Made by a program: the position numbers and the translations under genes
Notes under the pieces: generated by a model
Databases searched by the model: none
Told to the model about the DNA's origin: nothing
What the model saw: the letters and a program-made list of their open reading frames with translations, nothing else
Assembly: GCA_964630875.1 (NCBI GenBank)
Contig: CAZVXF010000006.1
Location: 2,641-66,640, forward strand
Direction of reading: 5' to 3'
DNA length: 64,000 bases
Source: an uncultured bacterium
Lineage (GTDB): Bacteria; Chlamydiota; Chlamydiia; Chlamydiales; SM23-39
In this document: piece after piece, positions 1 through 9,476 of the stretch
Layout: every line of letters begins with the position of its first letter
Numbering within the stretch: the stretch's first letter is position 1

Positions 1-1760
1 TGAACGCCTGTTTCTTCAACGATGGCCCGAATTTGTTTACCGCCAGGCCCAATGACTGTACCAATTTTGCTTTGTTTGATTTGAATCGTTTCGATACGTG
101 GCGCGTGCGCTGACATTTCAACACGTGAATTCGGACATGCTTTCAACATTTTATCTAAAATATGTTCGCGACCCAATTTTGCTTGATGAAGCGCTTGGCT
201 CATAATTGCATGGGTGATCCCTTCAACTTTAATATCCATTTGGAAGGCTGTAATGCCTTTGTGATCCCCAGTAATTTTAAAGTCCATATCCCCAAGAGCA
301 TCTTCGGCTCCTAGAATATCAGAGAGAATCGCATGTTTGTCACCTTGAAGAACCAGTCCCATTGCAATTCCTGCGACAGGCCTTGATATTGGAACTCCAG
401 CATCCATCATTGCTAGGCAACCGCCGCACACTGATGCCATGGATGAGGATCCATTGGATTCGGTAATGTTTGACTCAAGACGAATGACATAAGGAAATGC
501 TTCTTGTTTTGGTAAGATTGCGGCCAAAGCTCTTTCAGCGAGTTTACCATGACCCACTTCGCGTCTACCAGGAGATCCGACTCTACCCACTTCTCCAACA
601 GAGAACGGTGGAAATGAGTATTGTAAGTAGAAGCGTTGATTTGCATCTCCATGGAGATCTTCAAAGCGTTGAGCACTTGTTTCTCCACCAAGTGTACAAA
701 CAGCTAATGATTGTGTTTCTCCTCTTGTAAATAGGGAACTGCCGTGTGTTCGAGGTAAAATGGATTGTTCAATTGCAATGGGTCGAATGTCTTTTAATCC
801 ACGACCATCAATGCGTCTTTTTTCTTCTAAAATCATATTGCGCATGAGAGTGGATTGAAGATTTTTGTAGCTTAAAGCGACATCTGCCTTCGAATATTGG
901 GTCGCAATTCCTTCAGGAAGAAGAGTTTTTACAACAGTCTCTTTAATCTCTCCAATGATTTTTTCTCTTTCTTGTTTATTGGAGATTCTTAAAGCGGAAA
1001 TTAATAATTGTTCAGCGGTTTCTCGAACAATTCGATTGACTTCTTCAGGAATTAAGCGGAGTTCTTTTTTCTTGTTTTTGCCGATTTTTTTTGCCCAATT
1101 GCTCAAGTGATGGCAAATTGTTTGAATTGCCTTATGTCCTGTCTCAATAGCTTCAATCACTTGTTCTTCAGTTAAAAAGTTGCAAAAGCCTTCGATCATT
1201 AAAATAGCATCTTCAGTTCCTGCCAATACAAGATCAAGTGATGAATTTTTCATCTCTTCTGCAGACGGATTAATGACAAATTGATCCTGAATTCTACCTA
1301 CTCTAACGGCGCCAATCGGTTTAATTAAAGGAACATCAGAGATCGCGAGGGCAGCAGAAGCTGCGCAAATCGCAAGAACATCGGGTTGATGGCTTAAGTC
1401 ATAAGAGAATACATAAGCGAGAATTTGCACTTCATTGTAGTATCCCTCTTCAAACATGGGACGTAGGGGACGGTCAATCAGCCTGCTAATGAGAATTTCA
1501 CGTTCTGCAGGTCTTCCTTCACGTTTAATAAAACCACCGGCTGTTTTTCCTGCCGCTGAAAATTTTTCTTGATAGTCAACGCGGAGAGGGAAAAAATCGA
1601 TTCCTTCTGCAGCAGTTGGGGCAGCGCAAGCGGATGAAAAAACGACTGTATCTCCACACTGAACGAGCACGGATCCATTGGCCTGGCGAGCGATCTTACC
1701 TGTTTCGAATTTGATTGTCTTGTCACCGACCGGGACTGTGATCGTTTCGTGTTTGAACAT
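1..1760 (-). CDS. pnp: polynucleotide phosphorylase (partial, C-terminal part outside window)
   Basis: The minus-strand frame stays open to the left edge. From the ATG at 1760 it reads MFKHETITVPVGDKTIKFETGKIARQANGSVLVQCGDTVVFSSACAAP...PLRVDYQEKFSAAGKTAGGFIKREGRPAEREILISRLIDRPLRP (RNase PH domain). The left edge reads KIGTVIGPGGKQIRAIVEETGV (KH domain). rpsO lies upstream, as in Chlamydia. Confidence 0.93.
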   Translation of the reverse strand, partial: MFKHETITVPVGDKTIKFETGKIARQANGSVLVQCGDTVVFSSACAAPTAAEGIDFFPLRVDYQEKFSAAGKTAGGFIKREGRPAEREILISRLIDRPLRPMFEEGYYNEVQILAYVFSYDLSHQPDVLAICAASAALAISDVPLIKPIGAVRVGRIQDQFVINPSAEEMKNSSLDLVLAGTEDAILMIEGFCNFLTEEQVIEAIETGHKAIQTICHHLSNWAKKIGKNKKKELRLIPEEVNRIVRETAEQLLISALRISNKQEREKIIGEIKETVVKTLLPEGIATQYSKADVALSYKNLQSTLMRNMILEEKRRIDGRGLKDIRPIAIEQSILPRTHGSSLFTRGETQSLAVCTLGGETSAQRFEDLHGDANQRFYLQYSFPPFSVGEVGRVGSPGRREVGHGKLAERALAAILPKQEAFPYVIRLESNITESNGSSSMASVCGGCLAMMDAGVPISRPVAGIAMGLVLQGDKHAILSDILGAEDALGDMDFKITGDHKGITAFQMDIKVEGITHAIMSQALHQAKLGREHILDKMLKACPNSRVEMSAHAPRIETIQIKQSKIGTVIGPGGKQIRAIVEETGV

Positions 1761-1903
1761 AAATGGTATACTCCTAAATTTGTTCGATTTTAAGAAATCC
1801 TTGTATTAAATAACAAGAACGAAAAAAGGAGGATTCTGCAGTGACTCAATTAAATTGGGTATAAAGGATAAAAAAGAGTGGGGGCTTCTAGACCCCCATC
1901 AAC

Positions 1904-2173
1904 TTATTTTCTTAGGTTCAGACGAACGATTAAGCTTTGGTATCGCTTAGTATCCGTTGAGTTAAGATAATCAAGCAGTTTTCGTCTTTGCCCAACTAGT
2001 TTTAGTAGAGCGAGGCGGCTACTATGATCTTTCGGGGCTAATTTCAGATGCTCTGTTAGCTCCGTAATTCTTTCAGTTAATATCGCGATTTGGACGTCGG
2101 CAGAACCGGTATCCTTTTCGTGTAACTGAAATTTTTTTGTAATTTCTTCCTTGGTCCCTTTATCTAAAGACAT
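1904..2173 (-). CDS. rpsO: 30S ribosomal protein S15
   Basis: 89 aa. It contains ...[53 protein letters not shown]..., a typical S15, and sits next to pnp. Confidence 0.95.
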   Translation of the reverse strand: MSLDKGTKEEITKKFQLHEKDTGSADVQIAILTERITELTEHLKLAPKDHSSRLALLKLVGQRRKLLDYLNSTDTKRYQSLIVRLNLRK

Positions 2174-2311
2174 GAGGATCGTCTCCTCTTTAGGTTTATG
2201 ACATTATGCCTTCGATTATAGCGCATTTTGGATATACATTCAAGGATTGACGTTTTTCTCTAGCTATTTAGAGTATTTAATTGCTATTCTTCAGCATAAA
2301 CAAGAGACTAT

Positions 2312-2953
2312 ATGACACAAATTTTCCAAGCTTTGCAGCCTTGGCTGCCTCAAATTCTTCATAGTATCAAAAAAGAAATTAAAATTGAGCATTTGGCCAA
2401 GAGTCCCTCGTTTTATAAAGAGCATTTTGGAAACCGTCCACTCAATCGACTCACGAATGAAGAAATTTCTAATGCTTATGAAAAAGAACTTTTACAGGGC
2501 AATCAAGAGCTAGAAGAATGGGTCATTAATCGTTGGGTATTCCGACATGGGGACATCTATCAACACTTTGCAGAGCGCCTTTCTCAAATCAACCCAGACT
2601 TTTCTGAAATAAAAACTTTAGATGATCGTCAAAGTGAATCTGTGTTAACCGGCGCACCCGAAAGATTCGGATCTCTTTTTGTCTATTTATTTGCCGTTTT
2701 AAATGGAGTTGTCCTCGCTCCTGAAACACTTGAAATGCTTCGACAAAATGCAGAGAAAGAGGAAAAAACTCTTCAAGAGAAAGAAGTACATTCAATTCGT
2801 CAAGCAAGCCTCGAAGAAATGCTCGAAAACCAAAAGAATGAAATGCTCCGCCTAGAGAAGAAATATGAAGAAAAACTTGCCGGTGTCGTGAAAAAACATG
2901 CAATAGACGTCGAAGCATTAAAAAAACAAATCCGTGCGCTTCAGAAAAAATGA
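2312..2953 (+). CDS. hypothetical protein with a coiled-coil C-terminus
   Basis: 213-aa ORF whose stop overlaps the tadA start. The C-terminal third is rich in K/E heptads. I recognise no catalytic motif. Confidence 0.5.
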   Translation: MTQIFQALQPWLPQILHSIKKEIKIEHLAKSPSFYKEHFGNRPLNRLTNEEISNAYEKELLQGNQELEEWVINRWVFRHGDIYQHFAERLSQINPDFSEIKTLDDRQSESVLTGAPERFGSLFVYLFAVLNGVVLAPETLEMLRQNAEKEEKTLQEKEVHSIRQASLEEMLENQKNEMLRLEKKYEEKLAGVVKKHAIDVEALKKQIRALQKK

Positions 2954-3432
2954 ATGACGAATATTTCATGCGCGAAGCGATAAAAGAGGCGAAAAAAGCA
3001 CTTCAAAAAGAAGAGGTGCCGATTGGCGCAGTGCTTGTACAAAATGGCAAAGTAATCGCTCGCGGCCACAATGAAGTAGAGCTGCTACAAGATGCGACAG
3101 CGCATGCTGAAATGATTTGCATAACAGCTGGAACTACTGCCTTAGAAAACTGGCGTCTAACAGATACAACTCTATATTGTACTTTAGAGCCATGTGCGAT
3201 GTGTGCAGGCGCAATCTTAAATTCTCGCATCAAGCGTCTTGTTTGGGGCGCTCCCGATCTAAGAGTCGGCGCGAATGGAACTTGGATCGATTTATTTGCA
3301 ACAAAGCATCCGATTCACAGTGTAGAGATTACCAGTCGCATTCTCGAAGATGAATGTGCATTTCTGATGAAAAGCTTTTTCGAATCGACTCGTAAAAAGA
3401 AATCGACGATGCTCCTCGATCATCGATTTTGA
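2950..3432 (+). CDS. tadA: tRNA-specific adenosine deaminase (CMP/dCMP deaminase fold)
   Basis: Zinc-binding motifs HAEMICI ... TLEPCAMCAGAI are present, and the size is 160 aa. Confidence 0.85.
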   Translation: MNDEYFMREAIKEAKKALQKEEVPIGAVLVQNGKVIARGHNEVELLQDATAHAEMICITAGTTALENWRLTDTTLYCTLEPCAMCAGAILNSRIKRLVWGAPDLRVGANGTWIDLFATKHPIHSVEITSRILEDECAFLMKSFFESTRKKKSTMLLDHRF

Positions 3433-3451
3433 TTTGATATGAATCCGAAGT

Positions 3452-6400
3452 TCAGGTTATTAGGGTTTCGATTGAGAGCATAGATAAATATGCTTCTGCT
3501 GTGATTTCGGCATCAAGTAAAGCACCGTGCTTTGTTCTTTTTTGATTGATATTGAGCCGCAAATTCAGGGCATCGAGGCTGTTTTTTTTGTCTGGAAAGA
3601 GAAGTTTTGCAATGTCCAAGGTGTCGATGATTTGATGCTTTTTTCGGAAATCGTATTCAATGCCAGTTGCCTTGAGCTCTTCGGTAAGAAACTGAATGTC
3701 GTTATTCGCTGCATGAATAATTAAATCAGAATCTTGAATGAATTTGAGAAAATCTAACGCCACTTCATTAAATGTAGGAAATCGGGATAAAAATCGATGT
3801 GTGAGACCTGTCAAACGATGCGCTTCAGGTCTTACTCGGCATTCAGGATTTACATATCTTTGGAAGGTCTCATCGGTTCGTTTTAGATGAGTTACAACGA
3901 CACATCCAATTTCTGTGATCCGATCTGTTTTTAAACCAGTTCCTGTCATTTCAAGATCCAAAACAACTTGTCTCGTGTTAAGGGCTCTTTCTTTTAGCAT
4001 ATTGATTTTTAGAGCTGTAGAAAGGTTGGATCCGAGATTGGGAAGAGGGATTTGAATATGATCAACGTTTGCATTTACAGGGGGATTTTCGCTCTCTTTT
4101 CCTTGTTCTAGTTGATGCGCTCTTCTCAATAGCTGCTGTAGGACAATGGAAAAAGTCGTTTTTCCTTGAGAGAGGCTTTTTCGGAAAAATCCAAGCGCTT
4201 CTGAAATCAGGTTTAAGTGATAATAGGCCTTTGCTATTTTCATGCAAATATCAGCGTCAAGGCAATGGCGATCGGATGAAAATAGTTTATTCAGAATTTC
4301 AATAGAGTTTTTATAATATTCTACTGCTTCATTGTACTGTTTTTGTGCAAAATAGATGTCCCCGATCTTTTCTAATATCTCAGCGACCATGGGGTGATTG
4401 CGTGACCCGAACTCTTTTGTTTTTAGTTGGAGCGCTCGTTTAAAATAAAACAAAGCTTTTGACCAATTTTGTTGCGCAAAATCGAGTTTCCCAAATTCAT
4501 AAAACAAGTGTCCAAGCCCTACGTGTTCATCTGATTTCCAAAGTCTCACTTTGGCGTCAAAGCTTTTATTTAAATATGTAATGGCTGCTTCATATGCTTT
4601 TTGTTCTGCATAACTCATTCCGATTCCTTCTAAGCAAGAGAGTACCTCTAGATTTTCTGAATCGAATTTCAGTTCAATTTTGCCGGCTAAGCTTTTTGTA
4701 AAATAATCAATTGCCCTTTCTGGGTTTTTCTTTTTAAGCCAAATTGATCCCAACATGTATTGAATTTTAACTTGCAGATCTTTTGTTGTTCCTTCAAGAG
4801 CTTGGGAAAAGCACTCTAATGATTGATTCAATCGTCCTAAATGAAAGTAGACTTCACCAAGAGAATATAAGAGCTCAGGTCGCCTTTCAAACGGTGCGTC
4901 GATGAGCTTTGTTTTCAATTTCTTAGCAGTTAAAGAAAGTTGTAAGATTTCATTGGCTGGGCCCAAATCCTCTTTTGCAGTGATCTCGATCAGATTTAAG
5001 AATATGTCCTTAGCAGGTTTTAAGCCTTCTTCTCTCAAAACATCATTGAAATCTCTTTTCTGTCCCAATATTTTCGCCGGAGCAAATAGGATTTTCACAT
5101 TCAGTCCGCGTGAAAGAAAAGCATCTACAGTATCGATGATTGTCTGCTTGGTTTCCATATTGTATCCATCAATATCGGTGATTAACACGATCGTGCGGAC
5201 ACTTTCTTGAATCGGCACTTTGACAAGATCACTCACACCTAGTGCTGCTGTGAATTGACAATTGCATTTTTCTTGATCTTCATGAACAACGATCCCAAGC
5301 GATTTGAGTTCTTCCGGGTATGTTCTTGCGACCTCTAATGCGGATAAGACGTTTTCAGATCCTTCTCCTAAAATCTTAATTGTGGGTGTCTTGCTTCCAA
5401 AAAATGAGGTGCTCGCTCCACTAGTGACTCCTCTGGCAAGTTTCGTTTTCCATTTTTGTTTTGAAGGCTGTTTTGCATTATTCCCAAGAAATGTTCTTTC
5501 AATACCGGAAAGAACACCTTTTTCATTATAGTATGGAATCACGCGGGTAAATAATTTGAAATCTCTCACAATGATGGATCGTTCTGGGGATTCGATTTTC
5601 TGATGATCGACATAGGTGTTTTTATTGCAAATTTGAATCAGGAGCGATTTTTTTGGGTTTGTTAAACGTAATGTGACTAATAATGGTTGCGTATCTTGTT
5701 TTGAATCCCATCTTTGATCCGAAGAGATCGTCCAATATTGGTTGTCATAAAAAACCACCTTTCCTTCTAAAGAGGGTTCTTTTTGAAGAGCGCTTAAGAT
5801 TCCAGTTTTCTGATCTTTTGATTGGAGGGAGCAATTGTTTTCATGTTCGGTCCGGTCAGGATGTAACAGCATTGCCGCACGAAAATTCGTTGGGATATAG
5901 GAGATGCCCCGCAGCTGTAAATTGACTGCGACAATATTGTCTGGATCGACAATTTCACCTTTTTCATAAATGCCAATTGCTGCATTTTTCCTTTGCTCAA
6001 TGGATTCTTTGGAAGGAATGCCATTTTGGGATAGCTCCCTTTTTTCAGCGATTTTTTGAAGGATCATTTGCATTGGCAAATGTAAGTTCGAAAGTTCTTC
6101 TGCATCTTCGATTAAGCAAGCGCTCTTGAGCGATTTTGCACATCTACTTGCCCCTTTTTTTTGATCAAAAAGATCCCCGAAAGATCGTTTTTCGTGACTA
6201 TGTTCTGTACGGGGTAGAGCTATTTTTAAAGAGATTTTTTTTCTTAACAATGCGGAGATTACAGAATAGATCTCCTTGTTTTTATCGATATTGAAACCCT
6301 CATTATCGATTGCAAGAACAATTGTCCGAACCCTATTTTTTGGCGACCATTTTGATAGATCAACGGGTCTTTCTAAATAAATAATTTCTGTTTGTTCAGG

Positions 6401-7018
6401 AGGAGTCCCGTAAGAGGCGTTCCTCTCAATTGTTTGTTGGATAATCTCTCCAATTTTTTTGCTAAACGCAAGAAAAACAACTTCTGGTGTATCACTGGAA
6501 AATAGCGAAATCATTCCTGCAGGTAATGGGGACTCTTTCCTTTCGATTTCTTGAGGAGCTACTGTGACTGGCTTCTTGTTTTCGGGGGGTTGTTTTTGTT
6601 GCAAATGAGGAAGAGGGGGAGGCGTTTTTTTTTCTCCAGTCCGAGAAATGAGGGTATTTGCCTTCGGACAGGGGTTTTGTAAATTGGGTGCAGATTTTTT
6701 AGTATATCGAATTTCGGGCAGAAGTGGTGCTGGCAGGGGGGATAATGAGGGTTTAGATTCTTGATTTTCAGACTTGAGAATCGATTGTGCAATCTGAAGA
6801 GGGGCTGTTGTTTCTTGTTCTGTAGGGGTTATTTTAACGACAGTTCTTTTGGGCTTGTCTATATTTGTTGCAAAAGAAGCGATGCTCGGTCGCAGGGTAT
6901 CAATACATTTATCTAATTCAAGGAAAGATTCGGATCTTGCTTTTCTGAATGCTTTTTGAGATGCGCCAGTAGAGAGTCGAAAAAAAATAGAACCCATAGT
7001 TTTGAAAAAAAAGACCAC
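3452..7018 (-). CDS. large multidomain protein: Pro-rich N-terminus, two Toprim-like modules, TPR repeats, C-terminal DnaQ-type 3'-5' exonuclease
   Basis: 1188-aa uninterrupted ORF. The C-terminus carries ExoI VVLDLEMTGTG, ExoII IIHAANNDIQFL and ExoIII HGALLDAEITAEAY. TPR-like helices span about nt 4180-4890. Toprim-like module 2 (about nt 5035-5390) has KILGEGSENVLSAL ... TIVLITDIDGYNMETKQ ... KRDFNDVL. A degenerate module 1 (about nt 6150-6420) has TIVLAIDNEGFN ... SFGDLF. Confidence 0.7.
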   Translation of the reverse strand: MVFFFKTMGSIFFRLSTGASQKAFRKARSESFLELDKCIDTLRPSIASFATNIDKPKRTVVKITPTEQETTAPLQIAQSILKSENQESKPSLSPLPAPLLPEIRYTKKSAPNLQNPCPKANTLISRTGEKKTPPPLPHLQQKQPPENKKPVTVAPQEIERKESPLPAGMISLFSSDTPEVVFLAFSKKIGEIIQQTIERNASYGTPPEQTEIIYLERPVDLSKWSPKNRVRTIVLAIDNEGFNIDKNKEIYSVISALLRKKISLKIALPRTEHSHEKRSFGDLFDQKKGASRCAKSLKSACLIEDAEELSNLHLPMQMILQKIAEKRELSQNGIPSKESIEQRKNAAIGIYEKGEIVDPDNIVAVNLQLRGISYIPTNFRAAMLLHPDRTEHENNCSLQSKDQKTGILSALQKEPSLEGKVVFYDNQYWTISSDQRWDSKQDTQPLLVTLRLTNPKKSLLIQICNKNTYVDHQKIESPERSIIVRDFKLFTRVIPYYNEKGVLSGIERTFLGNNAKQPSKQKWKTKLARGVTSGASTSFFGSKTPTIKILGEGSENVLSALEVARTYPEELKSLGIVVHEDQEKCNCQFTAALGVSDLVKVPIQESVRTIVLITDIDGYNMETKQTIIDTVDAFLSRGLNVKILFAPAKILGQKRDFNDVLREEGLKPAKDIFLNLIEITAKEDLGPANEILQLSLTAKKLKTKLIDAPFERRPELLYSLGEVYFHLGRLNQSLECFSQALEGTTKDLQVKIQYMLGSIWLKKKNPERAIDYFTKSLAGKIELKFDSENLEVLSCLEGIGMSYAEQKAYEAAITYLNKSFDAKVRLWKSDEHVGLGHLFYEFGKLDFAQQNWSKALFYFKRALQLKTKEFGSRNHPMVAEILEKIGDIYFAQKQYNEAVEYYKNSIEILNKLFSSDRHCLDADICMKIAKAYYHLNLISEALGFFRKSLSQGKTTFSIVLQQLLRRAHQLEQGKESENPPVNANVDHIQIPLPNLGSNLSTALKINMLKERALNTRQVVLDLEMTGTGLKTDRITEIGCVVVTHLKRTDETFQRYVNPECRVRPEAHRLTGLTHRFLSRFPTFNEVALDFLKFIQDSDLIIHAANNDIQFLTEELKATGIEYDFRKKHQIIDTLDIAKLLFPDKKNSLDALNLRLNINQKRTKHGALLDAEITAEAYLSMLSIETLIT

Positions 7019-7047
7019 GGTATTCTACTGCAAGTGTGAATTAAATT

Positions 7048-9420
7048 CTATCCCAACAAGCTTAAAAACCGATTTTTGAGCTTGTTTGGGTATACATAGA
7101 ATTGAATCGGAAGATTCTTTAGAGATTCAATAGCTGTGGTGCTTAGCCTTGGACAAGCAATGATTGTTAAATAGCGCAGCTTCGTGACTTTTGAAAAATC
7201 GGGTTGTTCTATGAGGGGAAAGTTTTCGATGTGAATTTCTAGAAGTTCGGGTTGTGAAGCAAGGAGTCGCGATAGAGCGTCATCTTGGATATGGATCCCA
7301 TCGCTTAGAAACATATTTGTACTTTTTTTGGGGAATTGACTCATGACGAAGATATCTTGATTTGCAACATTGGATAGGCTCGCGCTCCATGAAATGAGAT
7401 GAGGGGAATTTGTATAGATAGAAACAAGAGATTTGGCTTGAAGACGAGGGATGTTTTTCAGCGAAAAGGTCTTTAAATTCAAATGGATATTCGGGGGAAC
7501 AAAGTCTTCGATATCTAGATCATCAAGAAAGAGATGTTTCAGTTGGGGTAGGAAAATCTTTCGTACTCCTTCATCTGTGAGTAGATGGCAGTATGATAGG
7601 TCAAGGGTCATTAGTTTTTTACAATGGCGACTCATCCATTCAAGCGAACGGTCTGTCATTCTTGTACAATTGCGTAGACAGACTTGATGCCAATGCCCAG
7701 GATCGACATTCGTAATGGCTCCATCTCCCAAATGTCCCGAAGATAAATCGATGACAGGAACCTGTGGATGTTGATGAACATGGGAGATCCAGCTTTCCTC
7801 ATTCATACTGGGAGTCGCGATTAGAGAAAAATGACCACCTGGGGGAGCCCAAGCATTTTCTTCGGTAAGAGCATTTATTTCTTGGAAATACTCCTTGCAT
7901 TGGATGCTTAAGTCCCTCAGTTCCGGTCCGATATCATTGTTCTCGTCTGGATCTTTTTCTAAATGATAGCCTTTGTCTTGAATCACCTTCTTTTGTCCTA
8001 GAATGGCTCCTATTTGAAGCTCTTCCCTATGCATGGAAAAGTATGTGGGCATATTGACTTTGCGTAGGAGGCTCTTTCCAACACTATGATGGACTTCTTT
8101 TAGTTGAAGCATATCTAATACCGTAGGTAAGAAATCGACAAAACTAGCATTGCAATCCATCGTTTGCGGAGCGATTGATTGACCCAGGATTAAGAGTGGA
8201 AGATGAATATTTTCTTCATAGAGACTGTGATTGGTTTCAAAGTACGGCCTTCGCTCACCCATCTCTTGTCCATGATCCCCAGCAATAAATACGATTGATT
8301 TTTCTAAATTAATTCTCTCTAAAAACAGGTTTAGACAATGATCAGTGTACGCAAATGTTTGAAGGAAGTTTTGATAAGGATCATTTGTAAAAGATCCTGT
8401 AGGAGACTTCCATGGATGATGATTTGTAATCGTGAACAATGATAGAAAGGTTGGCAGATTTTGTTGATTAAGCCACTTCGCTGCATATCTAACCATACTT
8501 TCGTCATCTATACCCCATGAACTTGTCCTCGGCCCCTGAAGTTCTTCGCCACCAATCATTGTGTCAAAATCATGGCATTTGAAAAATGGATATAGATGAT
8601 CAAAAGATAAATCGCCGCTTTGAATAATCGCGTTATGGTATCCATTTTTTTTCAAAATTTGTGGTAACCCAATCATTGACATGGAACAAAAAGGCTTCAA
8701 ACTCACAGTTCTTAAATGCGCGGGTATTCCAAAGTATGCAGAGATAAAAGCTCTAAAAGTTTGCAAGCCATTTGCATGAAAGTTACGGAATAAAATGCCT
8801 TGTTTTGCCCACTTATCAAAATGAGGTGAAACAGGAATTTTTGCTCCCAAACAGCCCACATTTTTCGCTCGAAATGATTCGAGAAAAATAAAAATGATAT
8901 TTGGCTTTTCAAGTTTAACATTGAAACTTTTCTCTCCCAAAAAAGCATCCGTTTTCCGTAAAGCCGGATAAAGAGGGGAGAGCATTGTGGCGATTTCATT
9001 TGGAAAAGAAAGCTTTGGAAGATGACTTTTCCTTTTTGGCTTGTAAAAAGAAGCGAATAGAGAAAATGGGAGTAACAGACACCAAAACACAGAAGGGGGA
9101 GGGAGAAGAAAACATGACAAAAGACTTAAGAAAACACCAACACACAAAGGCTTTTTTCTTGGTATCGTTTGAAAAGAGTCGAAAAAGCATCTTGGAGATT
9201 TGATAAAAGTGAGAATGTCAGCTTGATAGCGAAAGAAACCATACCATCTAATATATAGTCCAAAGGCAAAAGGCACCCAAAGAAATCTAGGTAGAGGAGA
9301 AAGGATAAATAAGGAAAGGACAGTTAATTCTTGCGCGCTGCTGCGAAGATGAAGAGATTTGTTTTTATGCAGTTCGTACAAGCGAATGAAAAGAAAGAGG
9401 GCGAGAGTTGTACAGATCAT
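7048..9420 (-). CDS. membrane-anchored sulfatase / LTA-synthase-like enzyme fused to C-terminal CC-type leucine-rich repeats
   Basis: 790 aa. The N-terminus has several hydrophobic helices. The sulfatase core reads NIIFIFLESFRAKNVGCLG ... FTITNHHPW ... FIAGDHGQEMGE. The C-terminus reads CLRNCTRMTDRSLEWMSRHCKKLMTLDLSYCHLLTDEGV plus further LRRs (FBXL/AMN1-like). The last ~15 codons are encoded by the palindromic repeat at 7049-7096. Confidence 0.7.
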   Translation of the reverse strand: MICTTLALFLFIRLYELHKNKSLHLRSSAQELTVLSLFILSPLPRFLWVPFAFGLYIRWYGFFRYQADILTFIKSPRCFFDSFQTIPRKKPLCVGVFLSLLSCFLLPPPSVFWCLLLPFSLFASFYKPKRKSHLPKLSFPNEIATMLSPLYPALRKTDAFLGEKSFNVKLEKPNIIFIFLESFRAKNVGCLGAKIPVSPHFDKWAKQGILFRNFHANGLQTFRAFISAYFGIPAHLRTVSLKPFCSMSMIGLPQILKKNGYHNAIIQSGDLSFDHLYPFFKCHDFDTMIGGEELQGPRTSSWGIDDESMVRYAAKWLNQQNLPTFLSLFTITNHHPWKSPTGSFTNDPYQNFLQTFAYTDHCLNLFLERINLEKSIVFIAGDHGQEMGERRPYFETNHSLYEENIHLPLLILGQSIAPQTMDCNASFVDFLPTVLDMLQLKEVHHSVGKSLLRKVNMPTYFSMHREELQIGAILGQKKVIQDKGYHLEKDPDENNDIGPELRDLSIQCKEYFQEINALTEENAWAPPGGHFSLIATPSMNEESWISHVHQHPQVPVIDLSSGHLGDGAITNVDPGHWHQVCLRNCTRMTDRSLEWMSRHCKKLMTLDLSYCHLLTDEGVRKIFLPQLKHLFLDDLDIEDFVPPNIHLNLKTFSLKNIPRLQAKSLVSIYTNSPHLISWSASLSNVANQDIFVMSQFPKKSTNMFLSDGIHIQDDALSRLLASQPELLEIHIENFPLIEQPDFSKVTKLRYLTIIACPRLSTTAIESLKNLPIQFYVYPNKLKNRFLSLLG
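7049..7096. repeat. 46-nt imperfect palindrome, copy 1 of a 2-copy family
   Basis: The sequence is tatcccaacaagcttaaaaaccgatttttgagcttgtttgggtataca. A near-identical copy lies at 28901-28950 in the same orientation. The stem is CCCAACAAGCTTAAAAA/TTTTTGAGCTTGTTTGGG. Confidence 0.8.
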
Positions 9421-9476
9421 TGCTGATCTTTAGCCTGTCAAAGTTTACTTTTTGATTCAATATCTCTTTATTGGTA

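Noticed and set aside
3447-3455. Recurrent octamer AAGTTCAG in intergenic DNA (3447, 16541, 25366, and the complement at 53964)
   Set aside because: Two of the hits are explained by the third repeat family. At least one further copy is inside a CDS (about 29357). The count is too low to claim a motif without a genome-wide count.
8712-9203. Nested 64-95 aa ORFs on both strands inside the sulfatase-LRR gene, and similar ORFs inside the 1188-aa and 1350-aa genes
   Set aside because: They are fully embedded in long uninterrupted CDSs with clear domain content, have no independent signals, and are low-complexity translations.
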